This document shows positions 11,401-22,669 of a stretch of 64,000 bases of DNA, one piece after another. The position numbers and the translations under genes were made by a program. The stretch comes from Psammoneis japonica (Eukaryota), in contig QPGO01000050.1 of NCBI GenBank assembly GCA_008632985.1, forward strand, positions 186,001-250,000, read 5' to 3'. The notes under the pieces were generated by a model. The model worked only from the letters and a program-made list of their open reading frames with translations. It was not told the origin of the DNA and did no database searches. The first letter of the stretch is position 1, and each line of letters starts with the position of its first letter.

Positions 11401-14400
11401 CAATTCATTTTGTTGTGAACCAGCATGACTGACAAAGGCAGGACACCTGGCTTCAGGGAGGCTGACTGCTGCCAATGTCTAAAACTCACAACCATTTCTT
11501 CAACCTCATTTCTTTTCTCAGCGATGTTGTTGACCACATGAACCTCCTCAAGCTGCCATCCAAACAGTCTTGTTTGATTCTGCAAGAAGATCAACTGATC
11601 CTTGAGAAGAAATGTGTGTTCTCAACAAACCAGTGCAATGCAGAGTGTCAGGACAAGTCTGCTGTGGGGATCAAGATCCAAGTCATGCTGCAGATGTGAC
11701 TCTCTTGTCTCTGGTGAGACAGAAGCCAATGTTGAGGTGAGTTTTGAGTGCTTGCACTTGCAGATCCATTCTGGCATGTGTCCGATGCAGTTGGCTCCCA
11801 ACAGCTCAAGCATCTGGTGCATGCAATCATGATCTGTTGCCTTGAGCAGCAACCAGCCATTGACACTGCAGGTGAAGTCCTTTTGAAGTGTGTGCCTCAG
11901 CAAATGCAACTTGAAAGTGTGAGGACAGTTGCATTGCCGCGAATTGGTTTGCATCTCCTGGCAAGGCAGAATTCACTTCTGCATGTTCCAGGTGTTGGCT
12001 TGGTCCATTTTCCAACAGAGGGGCTGTGGGTGCACCAGACACCATCAGTGCACTTGTTGTCAATGATTTGCAGTGCACTTGCCACATGAAGTTTGTTGTC
12101 TTTGTCAAGAACCACCACCAGGTTGTTTGGCTGAGCTGTTGTGTCCACAAGCACAAACACCCAGAAATTTGCACCTCCAGAACCAAGATGTGCTGTGGAG
12201 CACAAACAAACAGGCAGCAGCATGTGCCCTGGTGCCACAACTTCTTCTGGGGTCTTTAACGCAAATTGCAGGTCAGACTTGTCTCCACTGTTGGGTGGCA
12301 GTGTGAACTCAACAAGGGCATCCCCCCTGGAGAGACCAACAAAACCACCGAGTCTTGCCAAAGCATCATCAAACAGCCAAATGGCTGTCTTTTCAGCACA
12401 TGTCAGGGTCAACATTAAAAAAGGGAATCACTGCACAAATGTGATTGCAGACGGCTTGGGGGCAGATGGTGGGACGAGACCTGGGAAACTTGATTGGCTT
12501 CCCGATGTTGAGAGAAATGGGCAGTCCTGGATCAGTGTTCAACATCATGAATCTGTTGGAGCTGCTGGATGGAATGCTGTCCAAGATGAAGGTTTACAAT
12601 GTCTTCAGATTGCTGGGATGAGACTCCATTTTGACCAGCTTTCAATGCCAGCCAGTCCATCAAATCTTGTGCTGAGCCACATGATTCATCTGGCACAGCT
12701 TTTTGGCACAGGGTGCAACCAGTTTTGTTTGGTTGCTTGCATGAAGCGTGCTGGCCCTCAGGGCATGTTTCACCCCTTTCTGGCTTTTTAATTGAAGTCA
12801 CTCTAGTGCCGCCACACACAGCACATGTTGAGAGGACTGAACAGCAGTTGGTCGGCAAGACTGCAGTTTGGGTCGGACTTGCTTTCTGGTGGTCAATTCA
12901 TGATGACAACTGTAATTTGCTGCAAGCAAGAAAGCCTGACTTTGCAAAAAACTCATCTTTCAAGTCTTCCATGTCCTTCCACTGCTTCATTGGAGAGCTG
13001 GCAGAGCAGACTTCAAACACGATGAAGAGGCGTTCAATCGACCATCCTGAAACCTGCACAATGTGGGACAACCACATTGTGACATCTTCAAGGAAGACAT
13101 GTTTGTGCTCCATCTTTAAAAGCTCAATGCTCATGAAAATTGCAGCATCAATGATGGACGTTCCTGCTGCCCCACACTGCCAGGTGGTGACCTCTGGATG
13201 ATGATTGAACGGGCCTTCTTGGTCATCTGAATCCACAACTTCTGCTTCTGGAATCCAACAGGATGTTTCAAAACACTGTTGCTGATGCCCCTGTGGCAAA
13301 GCTCTGGGAGCAACAAAAACATTGGAGCCAAGGAGGGGACCAACTGGGACCCTGCTCAACTGCTGCTGGCCCGCTTGTGGATGCCATGGATGGCTCTGGA
13401 GTTGAAGACAATGATGACGAAGCTGAAAAAGTGCCCTGATGTTGAGAGATGCCAGCGGAGACAAATCCTCTTTGTTTCCCATCTCCATCACTTTGAGCAC
13501 AGATTTGAGAATGCCTTTGCCATCTGTTGTTGGCTGACCTCTTGGGGGCTTCCCATCTGGAATCGCAGCATGTGAGGGAGGCGCAACATTGTTTGGCAGC
13601 ACCACTTCAGCATGAGTTGGTGGCATGGCATCAGCCACATTGCCTGCATCATGACAATGTGGCTGTGCATGGGGATGGCTCAAGACATTGCCAACCATTC
13701 ATTTTGTGGCACAGACACAACTCAACAGGAGTCATTTGAAAATGTCACAAGAGTCACAATTGGCATTTTGCACAAGGAAAAATGCCAAATCGTGTGGAAA
13801 TGTGCACAATGTCATGCGAGAGGGTGATCAGAGCTAGTGACTTTTTGGGAACTCAATTGACATGTCATCTGACCAAAGGCATTTTGATTTGCATGGTGAA
13901 GAGCAACACCTTTGGTCAGACAACATTTCAATTGATTTCCTGAGAAGTTGACATTCGAGTGCGGATGGGTGGACAGACTGAAAACAATTGTTTCTGGTGC
14001 TCTTCTGCACAATTTCCACGCAATGACTCTGAGAGCCACAATGATTCCCACCGTCCTTGCCCAAAATTTTGACTTTGCGCAGTGATGCCATCTGATCAAG
14101 ATCTGCGCGCACACTGCTCAAGTCCTGGACATGTTTGATTGTCCATCCATGGCGCCCAATTGACAGATGAACAAATCAAGCCTCACACGTGAGTTCCTCA
14201 GTTGCTCAATCTGGACCCTGCCATTCATGATGGTGGTGGCAATGATGAGCCCCCCCTCCCTCTGACTGTGCATGACAGAGTGGTGCAGCACCACAAGGTT
14301 CATCAGAAGCAGAAGCAGTTCTGGCAACTTGTGGTGTGGGCTTGGGAAGAGCAGGCAGCACTGCCAAGATCTCTGGGTTGGTCAACTCCGTGTCAGGCAG

Positions 14401-14565
14401 GAATCAGTGGAGTCCAGTCCATGCTGGCAGTTGCCACCACAGGCACTGACTTTGACATTGGCGTTCCAGCTGCACCTCTGACAGGAGCTTTTGCAACCAA
14501 ATTGTCAATCATTCACACAGCTGAGTTGATGGACTTTCAGCTTCCACCAACACACACAACCCTCA

Positions 14566-15678
14566 GCTGTTCAATGCCAAGAAGGCGCACTTGGAGCAGG
14601 CACTGGCAGTGCTGTTTTGGAAGGTAAAATCTCTAGAGAATTGACAGCATGCACTTGGAGTTGATGCCAGAGTGTCTGTGTTATCCTGCTGTTGCATCAA
14701 ATTGGCATTTTTTTTGCAGTTGGGCCAAAAGAAGCAACTTGACAGAGCAAACTCTAGAGGAGGTTTTTGTGAACAAAAAATGTGCAGAAGCAGTGCCATG
14801 ATGTGTGGCCCAAAAAGAACAACACGTTGTTTCCTCGTGGACAACTGTCACTTGCTTGAGGAAGTGTGAAATAAAATGCATTTTAAAGTTGCAGCATGTG
14901 TGTTTTGTGCATGTCAAACAAACATTTTCAACCCTCATCTGTTCATCATGTTTATGATCGCTGTCCCAAGGGGACCATCTCCTGGTTGTTGGTGTGCCAC
15001 AGTCAAGTGGTGAGCACTGTTTTTGAGTGTGATGGGAGTGATGATTTTGCAATGGATTTGCAATCACTTCACTGTGGAATTTGGAAGTTTTTTCAGTGTG
15101 TTTGCAACTCAGAAGAGATGCAGAATCCCACCAGAGTGGAGGTGACTGAGCACCTGGATCCAGTGGAACAGAACCTGTGGCACACAATGCTGGGATGTCA
15201 TTCAGGATGGGTGCAATCCAGCAGATTTCTTGAGTGAGAATGAACTTTCAATGTTGGTGAATGACATGGACTGCTCATGGGAGGACACTGAAGTGCATCT
15301 CATGGCAGAGCTGGAACAGAATTGGGAGCTGTTCGATGCTGAGGCACACCTGAAGCAGGCACTGGCAGTGCTGTTTTGGAAGGTGAAATCCCTGGAGAAT
15401 TGACAGCGTGCACTTGGAATTGGTGCCAGAGCATGATCCATGTCATCCTGCCATTGCATCAAATTGGCATTTTACACCGCAGTTGGGCCAAAAGAAGCAA
15501 TTCAATGGAGTGAACTCCAGAGGAGATTTTTGTGAACAAAAAACATGCAGAAGCAGCGCCATGATGTGGGGCCCAAAATGAATGACACGGTGTTTCCTCA
15601 TGGACAATCATCGCTTGCCGGAGGAAGTGTGAAACTTCATGTGTTTTGTGCATGTCAAACAAACATTTTCAACCCTCA
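14566..15678. repeat. Direct repeat, 2 copies of ~350-370 bp (14566-14936 and 15328-15678)
   Basis: Both copies share gcaggcactggcagtgctgttttggaagg and catgtcaaacaaacattttcaaccctca. Confidence 0.9.
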
Positions 15679-18600
15679 GAGATCATGCAGAGACTGGCAA
15701 GGCACCCAGCCGGCTGCAGCCAATGCCCAATGCACTGCAATCTGAGATCCGCAATGGCACACCTGCCGCAGGGACATTTGTGTCCCTGACCTGCTGGCAA
15801 ATGGCCATGCAACAAATTCACGCAGGAGCTCTGCTGCAACAACATGCTGCAGCCTGTTGGCTCTGTTGGATCTGAGTTTGCTTGTGACAAAAAACAATGA
15901 CAAGACATGAACTCACAAGCAACACAGCATTTCCTTTTTTTCAAGAAACAGCACCAGAAAATGAGCAGCAGTCAATGCTGCACAGACCAAGGTGGCATTT
16001 GCACAAATGCACAGTTTTTGCAAGATGCGCCAAACAAGCTTCTCAGAGTTCATTTGGGAGAGCTTCAAGGTCAGTTGCGACAGCTGCTGAGCCCTGCAAT
16101 GTCCATTGAAGGTTGGGTTTGCAATGCCATGACAACAAGATTGTCAAAACATGCAACACATCACTGGAGTCTTTCTGACTCCTCAAAACAGAATTCCACC
16201 ACAACCAGTGCTCACTTGAAAAAGGTTTTTGGATGGTCAAAGAAGCATGCCAAGCAATGTTGACATGATTCAGCCTTGCATTTGTCTTCTGTGTTTGTCT
16301 TGTGCACAAATGCAAAGTTGCACTTTGCTGAGCTGCCGGTGCACCTGGACATGGCACAAAGGAAAAGTGAGTGCTGGTGCTGCCAGAGTGCACACAAAGT
16401 CTTTCATCTGGCAAGAAATGCGGTGCATTGGTGTGAAGAACAATGCAGAAAAGGAGAAAGTTGGTGCCAGTGTGCTGGCTGTGGGTCAAGACCAAGTTGA
16501 CAAGCAGGGCTCATCAGCTTTGCAGAAAAATGCACTCAGCAACAGAAAGCATGCTGTGGGGGAAGCCAGCCAAAAAATGAAACAAACAAACAAACAAACA
16601 AACAAATGAGAAATGAAGGAAAAATGCATTGTGTGCAAAGTCTCAATGATGTCCTCCTTGGCAGTGGAGTCAAAGTCAAGTTGCAAGGATGGCAGCAACC
16701 ACAATGCAAGCACCATTGTGACACTGGTGCACTCCACACTTTTTGATTTGAACCCAACTTTTCAGTTGGCTGTTGTGGTGCCATGAGATGAATTCCTTGT
16801 GACTGTGTTGGTTGCCTTGACAACCAAAAGAAATCACTCTGCTCAGTCACTCTGCTTGGCAGCATCAATTCCTGTGCAGCAGCAACCACACAGCGTGCTC
16901 CTGCAAAGGAGTTGCACAAATTGTGGCCAACCTTTGAGGAGCTGGGTGATGCCAAGTCACTCTCAAACATGCACCAGCAACACCAAGAAGGTTTGGGTGG
17001 TGCACAAATCTGTGCTGCATGTTTTGACTGACCAAGTTGCTGCACAAACCATTGCCAGCCATGCTGCATCATTCTGTGATTCAGAGGAAGGGGTTTTGTC
17101 TGCTTTGGTGGGACGAACTTCCCCACAAAGCACAGAAAATGCTGTGTGGAAATGTGGATCTACCAACAAAGGTCAAACCTGTCACTTTGCAAAGGATCAT
17201 GTTTGAGTCATGCTTCAAGGGCTGCAGGATGGAGGAGGAGTTTGAGAAAGGGGCTCTTCTTTGAATGTCCAAAAGCACTGCACCTGGATCCAGAACATGC
17301 CCCATGCTTTGTGTGGAGTGCACTGCCAGAGTCAAGCTCTTGAAAGCAACCAAACAAGTGTGGGACATTTCCCCCTGAGGCTTCAGGATGCTCTTTTCTC
17401 TTTTTTCACAATCTGGGCTCCTTCTTCTTTGCCTTGGGAATCTCAATTTTGCAAACAACAGACACTTGCCACTCAGCCACAGGCCAACTTTTTTGCCTCA
17501 CATTTGTTGCTTCAAGGACACCAACTCAACCACTGAGCATCATTGGCAGGCAGTGCAGGGCCATGGCTTGAGTCAAAGATCTGTCTGCCACACACATGAG
17601 AGCAATGCAATGGCTGGTTGTTGACCAAATTGTGCAACACGGCACAGCCATTTTTGTTGCACCTTCTTGAGATGCCAAAGCTGCCAGAGGGCTCCAAGCA
17701 AATGCTTCAATCTAACTGCCATGAAATTTCATTGTTGGGTTCAATGGTGGTCACTTCTTTTCCAGCTGGCCGCTGGCAGGCATGCTCTTTCCAAACAACT
17801 TGCGGCTGCTGTTGGTTTCCACAGTCTTGTTGTTGACAGCTCAACGTGAGATGCAATGTTGTCTCTGAACTAAAAGTCGCCAGCATGATGAGGAGCACTT
17901 CTTGCAACAAAAACGTGAGGGTGTCATTCTTTCCTCCCAACAAGAAGTGTGCAGAGGGGCCACTCATGGGCAAGTTGGTGTCAGAAAATGACAACACATT
18001 TCCCTCCAGCAACAGGAGTTTCTTGTCAAGGATGCCAAACAAGAACTTGAGCAGCTCTTGAAAGACCACAAAGAGTCCCAAGCCAAGCAGGCACATTTTA
18101 AGAAACAAGATCATGATTCCAAGGTCCGGTGAAACATCAGTGGGACATGGAGAATGCAGCTGATGCAATGGGCCGGCAACCCAAAGGAGTGTTAAACCTG
18201 CAGGTGATCAGACATGTTGAGATGCTCAATGAGCAACTCAAGTGGTCTGAACCACCTTGCAACCTTCACAAAAAGGCTGCTCTTTGGGCATCAAGCAGGC
18301 CATCTCAGCCCATGATGTCAACAGGTGTTCAGCAGTGTGCATTTAAAAAGAAAAGAAAGCAGAGGCTGGCCCTCATGTGGCTCCTGCTTGAACAACCATT
18401 GCACTAAAAAGTGCGCTGGTTGGCAACAGGTTGCTGCCGCATTGGATGTTTACAAGCATTCAGTGCACATGCAAGAAGCAAGTTTGCTGGCAATTGTGGT
18501 GCATCTCTGTCAGAGCCATGGACTGCTTTGACATGCAATTGTCATTTTGCCTCAAACTGACTTCCAAAGACACACACAATCAAGTGCACAGAAAAAAAAT

Positions 18601-20884
18601 CAAGGACCCAAGCCTTCAGGTCTGCGCGGCAATTGTGTGTGGATGACATTCAAAGACTCAACTCCAGCAGATCTGACTTGCAGTGAGAACAAGAAGATCC
18701 ACTCTCTTTCAGCCACAAACTGACAAAACCATGGCAATCAAGAGAGTGATGTGTTTCAAAGAGTTGAGCTGTGATTTTTTTGTGATCCATGCAACATTGA
18801 GCAAACTGATTCTGAACCTGCACTGCCCCTGATTGACATTTCAAATTTTGAAAATGTGGCAGGAAAACCAACGGTTTGTCGCTGTCACATTTTGTGTGCT
18901 TTGCAATTCAAACCCCAATGATGTCAGTCAGATTTCAGAACAGGGTGAGCTCCAAACTCCATGGTTTTCTTCCCTCCACCACACTGTGAATGCCCACCAT
19001 GCACTTCAACACAAACAACAAGACATGCAATGCAACAATCATGCCATCTGCCATTGCTTCCAAGAGGAAAAGAAACAATGCGGTGCATTGTGTGTTGGAA
19101 GCACAACAAGCAAACACATCACACACCAACAAAGAGAGGACTCACGTTCTCTGAAACTAAAGTGCTCAGAAGTGGCAGCATGGAGTGGGGCCACACAGAG
19201 ACTGCAGAAGGTTGCATGCAAGGTCTGCAGGACTGTTTGCCAACAACACAATGGTTGTTGTCATTTGCTGCCAAGTTGGGCACTGCATCACTTGGTCAAA
19301 CAACAACGTTGACTTTAAAGAGTGTGAAGCTTGAAAGCATTGTGGGTGCAAGACATTCAATCAAATTGTTGCTGTTTTTTGTCTGGCTTCAGAGAATGCC
19401 AAGGTGGACTGCTCAGTGTGTTGCTCAGAGAAGAGTCAGTTTCTGTGAGAGAAAAGGGATGAGCAGTTCTTGAGACATTGGACCAGTGCCAGATTTTCAG
19501 CGGCAGTGCAATTCTGCATGAGAAAAACGAATGTTGCTGATGACTGCAACCACGCGACAATGGAGCAAGTGGAAGTGCAATGTGCCAAAACACTGTCCCT
19601 GCAAAATGGTCTTGGAACACATCAAAGATTGCTTTGGGACAATTCAAGCAGGGTGCTGTGATGGTTGGTCAAAGCTCATGAGGGATGCAGGCACCTCAGT
19701 CATCTCCAAGTTCAGTGTCTGCATGGTGTTTGGTGTCAGAATCTACAGTTTTGTCAGCAGGGAGCCCGCAGCAGCTCAGGTTGACAACTCGCAGAGTGTT
19801 GCACATTTTGAAATCAAGGTGCACAGGTGTTGAGGTGAAACCAAAGAAATCACAAGCGCAAGAGGGCGCCGCGGCTGCAAACTGTCTGCCAAAAGCACAG
19901 GAAGCTTGTGCCATGAGTTGGAGAATCATCATCATGAGCCACAAGAAGAAAGACATGGCCTGACTGCAAAACTGCTCTGCAATGTTCACTTCTTGTGCTT
20001 TTGCAAAATGCAAAGGAAAACCAGTTGTGTCTGTCAATCTTGATTTGATCAAGGCAAGGGTGACAAGCTGGTGAGTCACGAATGGAAAGGTGTGACAAAA
20101 AAACCAAGCGCTGGCATTTTTTGCAGCCACCTTCAAGAAGCAACTGAAACTCAACTGCAGCACAGCCCCTCTGCCTTGCGCACTCTGAAAAGTTGAGCCC
20201 AGAAATGAAGGCATTTTTGCCACTGTGAAAGCAGTGGGAAAGTTGTCCAGTTGCCCAGTTCCTGAGGTGCAGTCCACCAGGGCACACCAACATTCATGCC
20301 AAGCACCTCAACTTGTTGCACCCTTGAGAGCCTGCCTTTTTAATTGCCTCTTGGAAAGAGACTGTTTTGAAATTGGCTTTTGCAAAAGCAAGAAAAAGCA
20401 CTCTTCAAAGAATTCAAAAGAACAAGTCTGAGTCTGAAACTCACATTTGTCCTGGCACTTTGTGTCCACCACAGCCCTTGGAGAGCCCAACAATCCTGAG
20501 AGTGTGGAAAGTGGAAATTTGTTTCAATGTAAGAGACTCATGCTTTTGGTTGGAGTTTTGAGTTCAGGACACAAAGCTTTGCTTGTTGGAGTGGTGTTGC
20601 CTGGGACACACGGCATTTTGTCGCCAATTGCGACATTCCCATAAATGAATTGGACGATTTGTCGTGAAAAACGCCCTTTGAGACAAATTTCAACCGTTGG
20701 CGATAAATAAGACAAAATCATCATTTAATTGGCGATGGCGTGTCCTAAACACACACGTTATATCAACTACAGTGCTATATGATGAATTTAACTTTCGGCG
20801 AAGACTGTACTTATAAATTAATGTTTTGGCGATTTTGTCGTACGTACGACAAATTTTGTCGGACGTACGACAAATTTTGTCGTA

Positions 20885-20992
20885 TCCGACAAACCCCGAC
20901 AAGCCCCGACAAACCCCGACAAGCCCCGACAAACCCCGACAACGTACGACAAACGCCGACAAGAGCCGACAAGAGCCGACAAACGCCGACAG
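20885..20992 (+). repeat. 10-bp tandem array (CCCCGACAAR-type) inside the MITE
   Basis: About 10 units of the form ccccgacaaa / agccgacaag. Confidence 0.9.
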
Positions 20993-21268
20993 ACGGACGT
21001 TTGCGACATACCGATAACGCAACGCTCCCCAACATTCAGAAGTGCCCAGTCGTACTGATAAAAGGTACAGTACAGCAATACATACCGGTACATTCCGTTG
21101 CACTATGTAGAAGTGTACGATGTTGTCCCGGTATTGACGAGAGTATGGAGACCGCCGAGAGCGGCATGATCGTCGCTTTGCATCATCGCGCAAAAGAGAC
21201 ATACCGGTAGTGTCAACGGAGACGTTAGCGGTTAGCGTGTGCGGGGGGCGTGGGTGTTTCGTTCGTGA

Positions 21269-21356
21269 GTCGTCGTGTCGTGACGTGTCGTGTCGTGTCT
21301 TGTCGTGTCGTGTCGTGTCGTGTCGTGTCTTGTCGTGTCGTGTCGTGTCTTGTCGT
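21269..21356 (+). repeat. (TGTCG)n 5-bp tandem array inside the MITE
   Basis: tgtcgtgtcgtgtcttgtcg... repeated about 17 times. Confidence 0.9.
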
Positions 21357-22669
21357 ATGCCGATTTGTCGGATGTCCGACAAAATTTGTCGGCTACGACA
21401 AATTTTGTCGTATACGACAAATTTTGTCGGATGAATTTTCGTCGATGACATCGTTCGCCAAATTCTGTTAATTACCCCACTTATTGAAACGACATCGCCA
21501 AAGTTCAGGTTGGTTATAAATGACATTAATCATTTTATAACTTAATTTTAAACAATGTTTCTGTCCCATTTATCGCCAACCCGGACATTTTGTCGCAATT
21601 CGCGTCTTTTCGCGACAAATCATCAATTCATTTAAGAAAATGTCGCCAAATGCGACAAAATGCCGTGTGTCCCTGGGGCACTGCAGGGGCTGTTGTTGGG
21701 CATCAGCACCAGCGACCCAATGAGGTGGGAACGAACACACCACAACAGAACAAGCAAGTGTCCCACTTTACAAGGCTGTCCTGCACTTGAGCAAACTCAT
21801 GGATGGGTGCTGGCAGGGAGTGGTGCCAAATCAGCTCCTCATTTGTGCACATGTGATGCATGTGCACCATGTCTCCAGATGCTCTCAGCTTCATTTTGCC
21901 AGCCACTCTCTGCCATTGAAGCCAGAGCAGTGCCCAACCACAACTTGAGTGAGGTTGAACAACCAAGTGAGCAACAAGTCATTCAGCTGCACATGTTGTT
22001 GCATCTGACACTAAGTTGCCACCTCACCACCTTTCAGGGCTCAACACACTGCAAGACAATTCCAGACACAACTTGAGCACAAAGCAACAAACTGCCACAT
22101 GCTTTTGCTCTTCTTCCAAACAGGTCTTGGCAACGGGGTTGCACATTGCTTTCAAGGTTCAAGCAAGGAGTCAGTGAAACATGGTGAACACAGACTGCAC
22201 AATGTGAGGGACAGTGGAGACAACACAACAAACCTGCACAGCTTGAAGTCATTTCCAGAAAATCCCATGATGAGCAGCCAGAGCAACAATGTGTGGGTCA
22301 TGCATGGCAGAAGTGCAAAAAAGGCAGTCATTTTGCTGTTTGGACAAACAGCCTGCAAACAATTTGCAGCAACATGAAATGAGAGAAGATGAAATTAATC
22401 CCCCCAGTGGCACAGCCAAATGAATTTGTTCTGGCACTTGCAGAGAAGCACACAATGAGCACCCGGGCTTTGGGACAAACAAAGGGTGCCAGTTTCTATG
22501 AGGACAGCCAGCAGCAAAGATGAGGCATGGCAAGAGAGATCTTGCAGTCACCTGTGCATTGTGCTGCAATGGCTGAGAGGTTGTTCAAAAATGTTGAGGG
22601 CAAAGCAGCTGCTGATGATAAAGCCTGTCACTCAGCTGGGAAGCAAGTCACCACATGCAATGTGTTTTT

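Larger units (their letters stand above)
6100..20600. other. TpA- and CpG-depleted hypermutated repeat block 1
   Basis: Only ~21 TA dinucleotides seen in 6100-14000; strong TG/CA excess; six-frame ORFs are essentially Tyr-free and Cys/His/Gln-rich. Confidence 0.9.
20604..21672. mobile_element. Intact non-autonomous TIR element (MITE-like), possibly PIF/Harbinger-type
   Basis: 21-bp perfect TIR GGACACACGGCATTTTGTCGC extending imperfectly to ~120 bp; CTG target-site duplication at 20601-20603 and 21673-21675; internal CGACA arrays; no transposase ORF. Confidence 0.85.

Noticed and set aside
8450..13700. Possible long decayed transposase (piggyBac-like) on the minus strand
   Set aside because: Only vague Cys-rich and GIDG hints; no motif set I can defend.
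6100..20600. Dozens of 60-270-aa ORFs as genes
   Set aside because: Overlapping in all frames and Tyr-free; explained by loss of TAA/TAG.
20690..21526. 278-aa ORF with TRHDT repeats, and a possible CRISPR-like array
   Set aside because: The ORF is translation of 5- and 10-bp tandem repeats inside a MITE; there are no unique spacers and no cas genes, and the context is eukaryotic.
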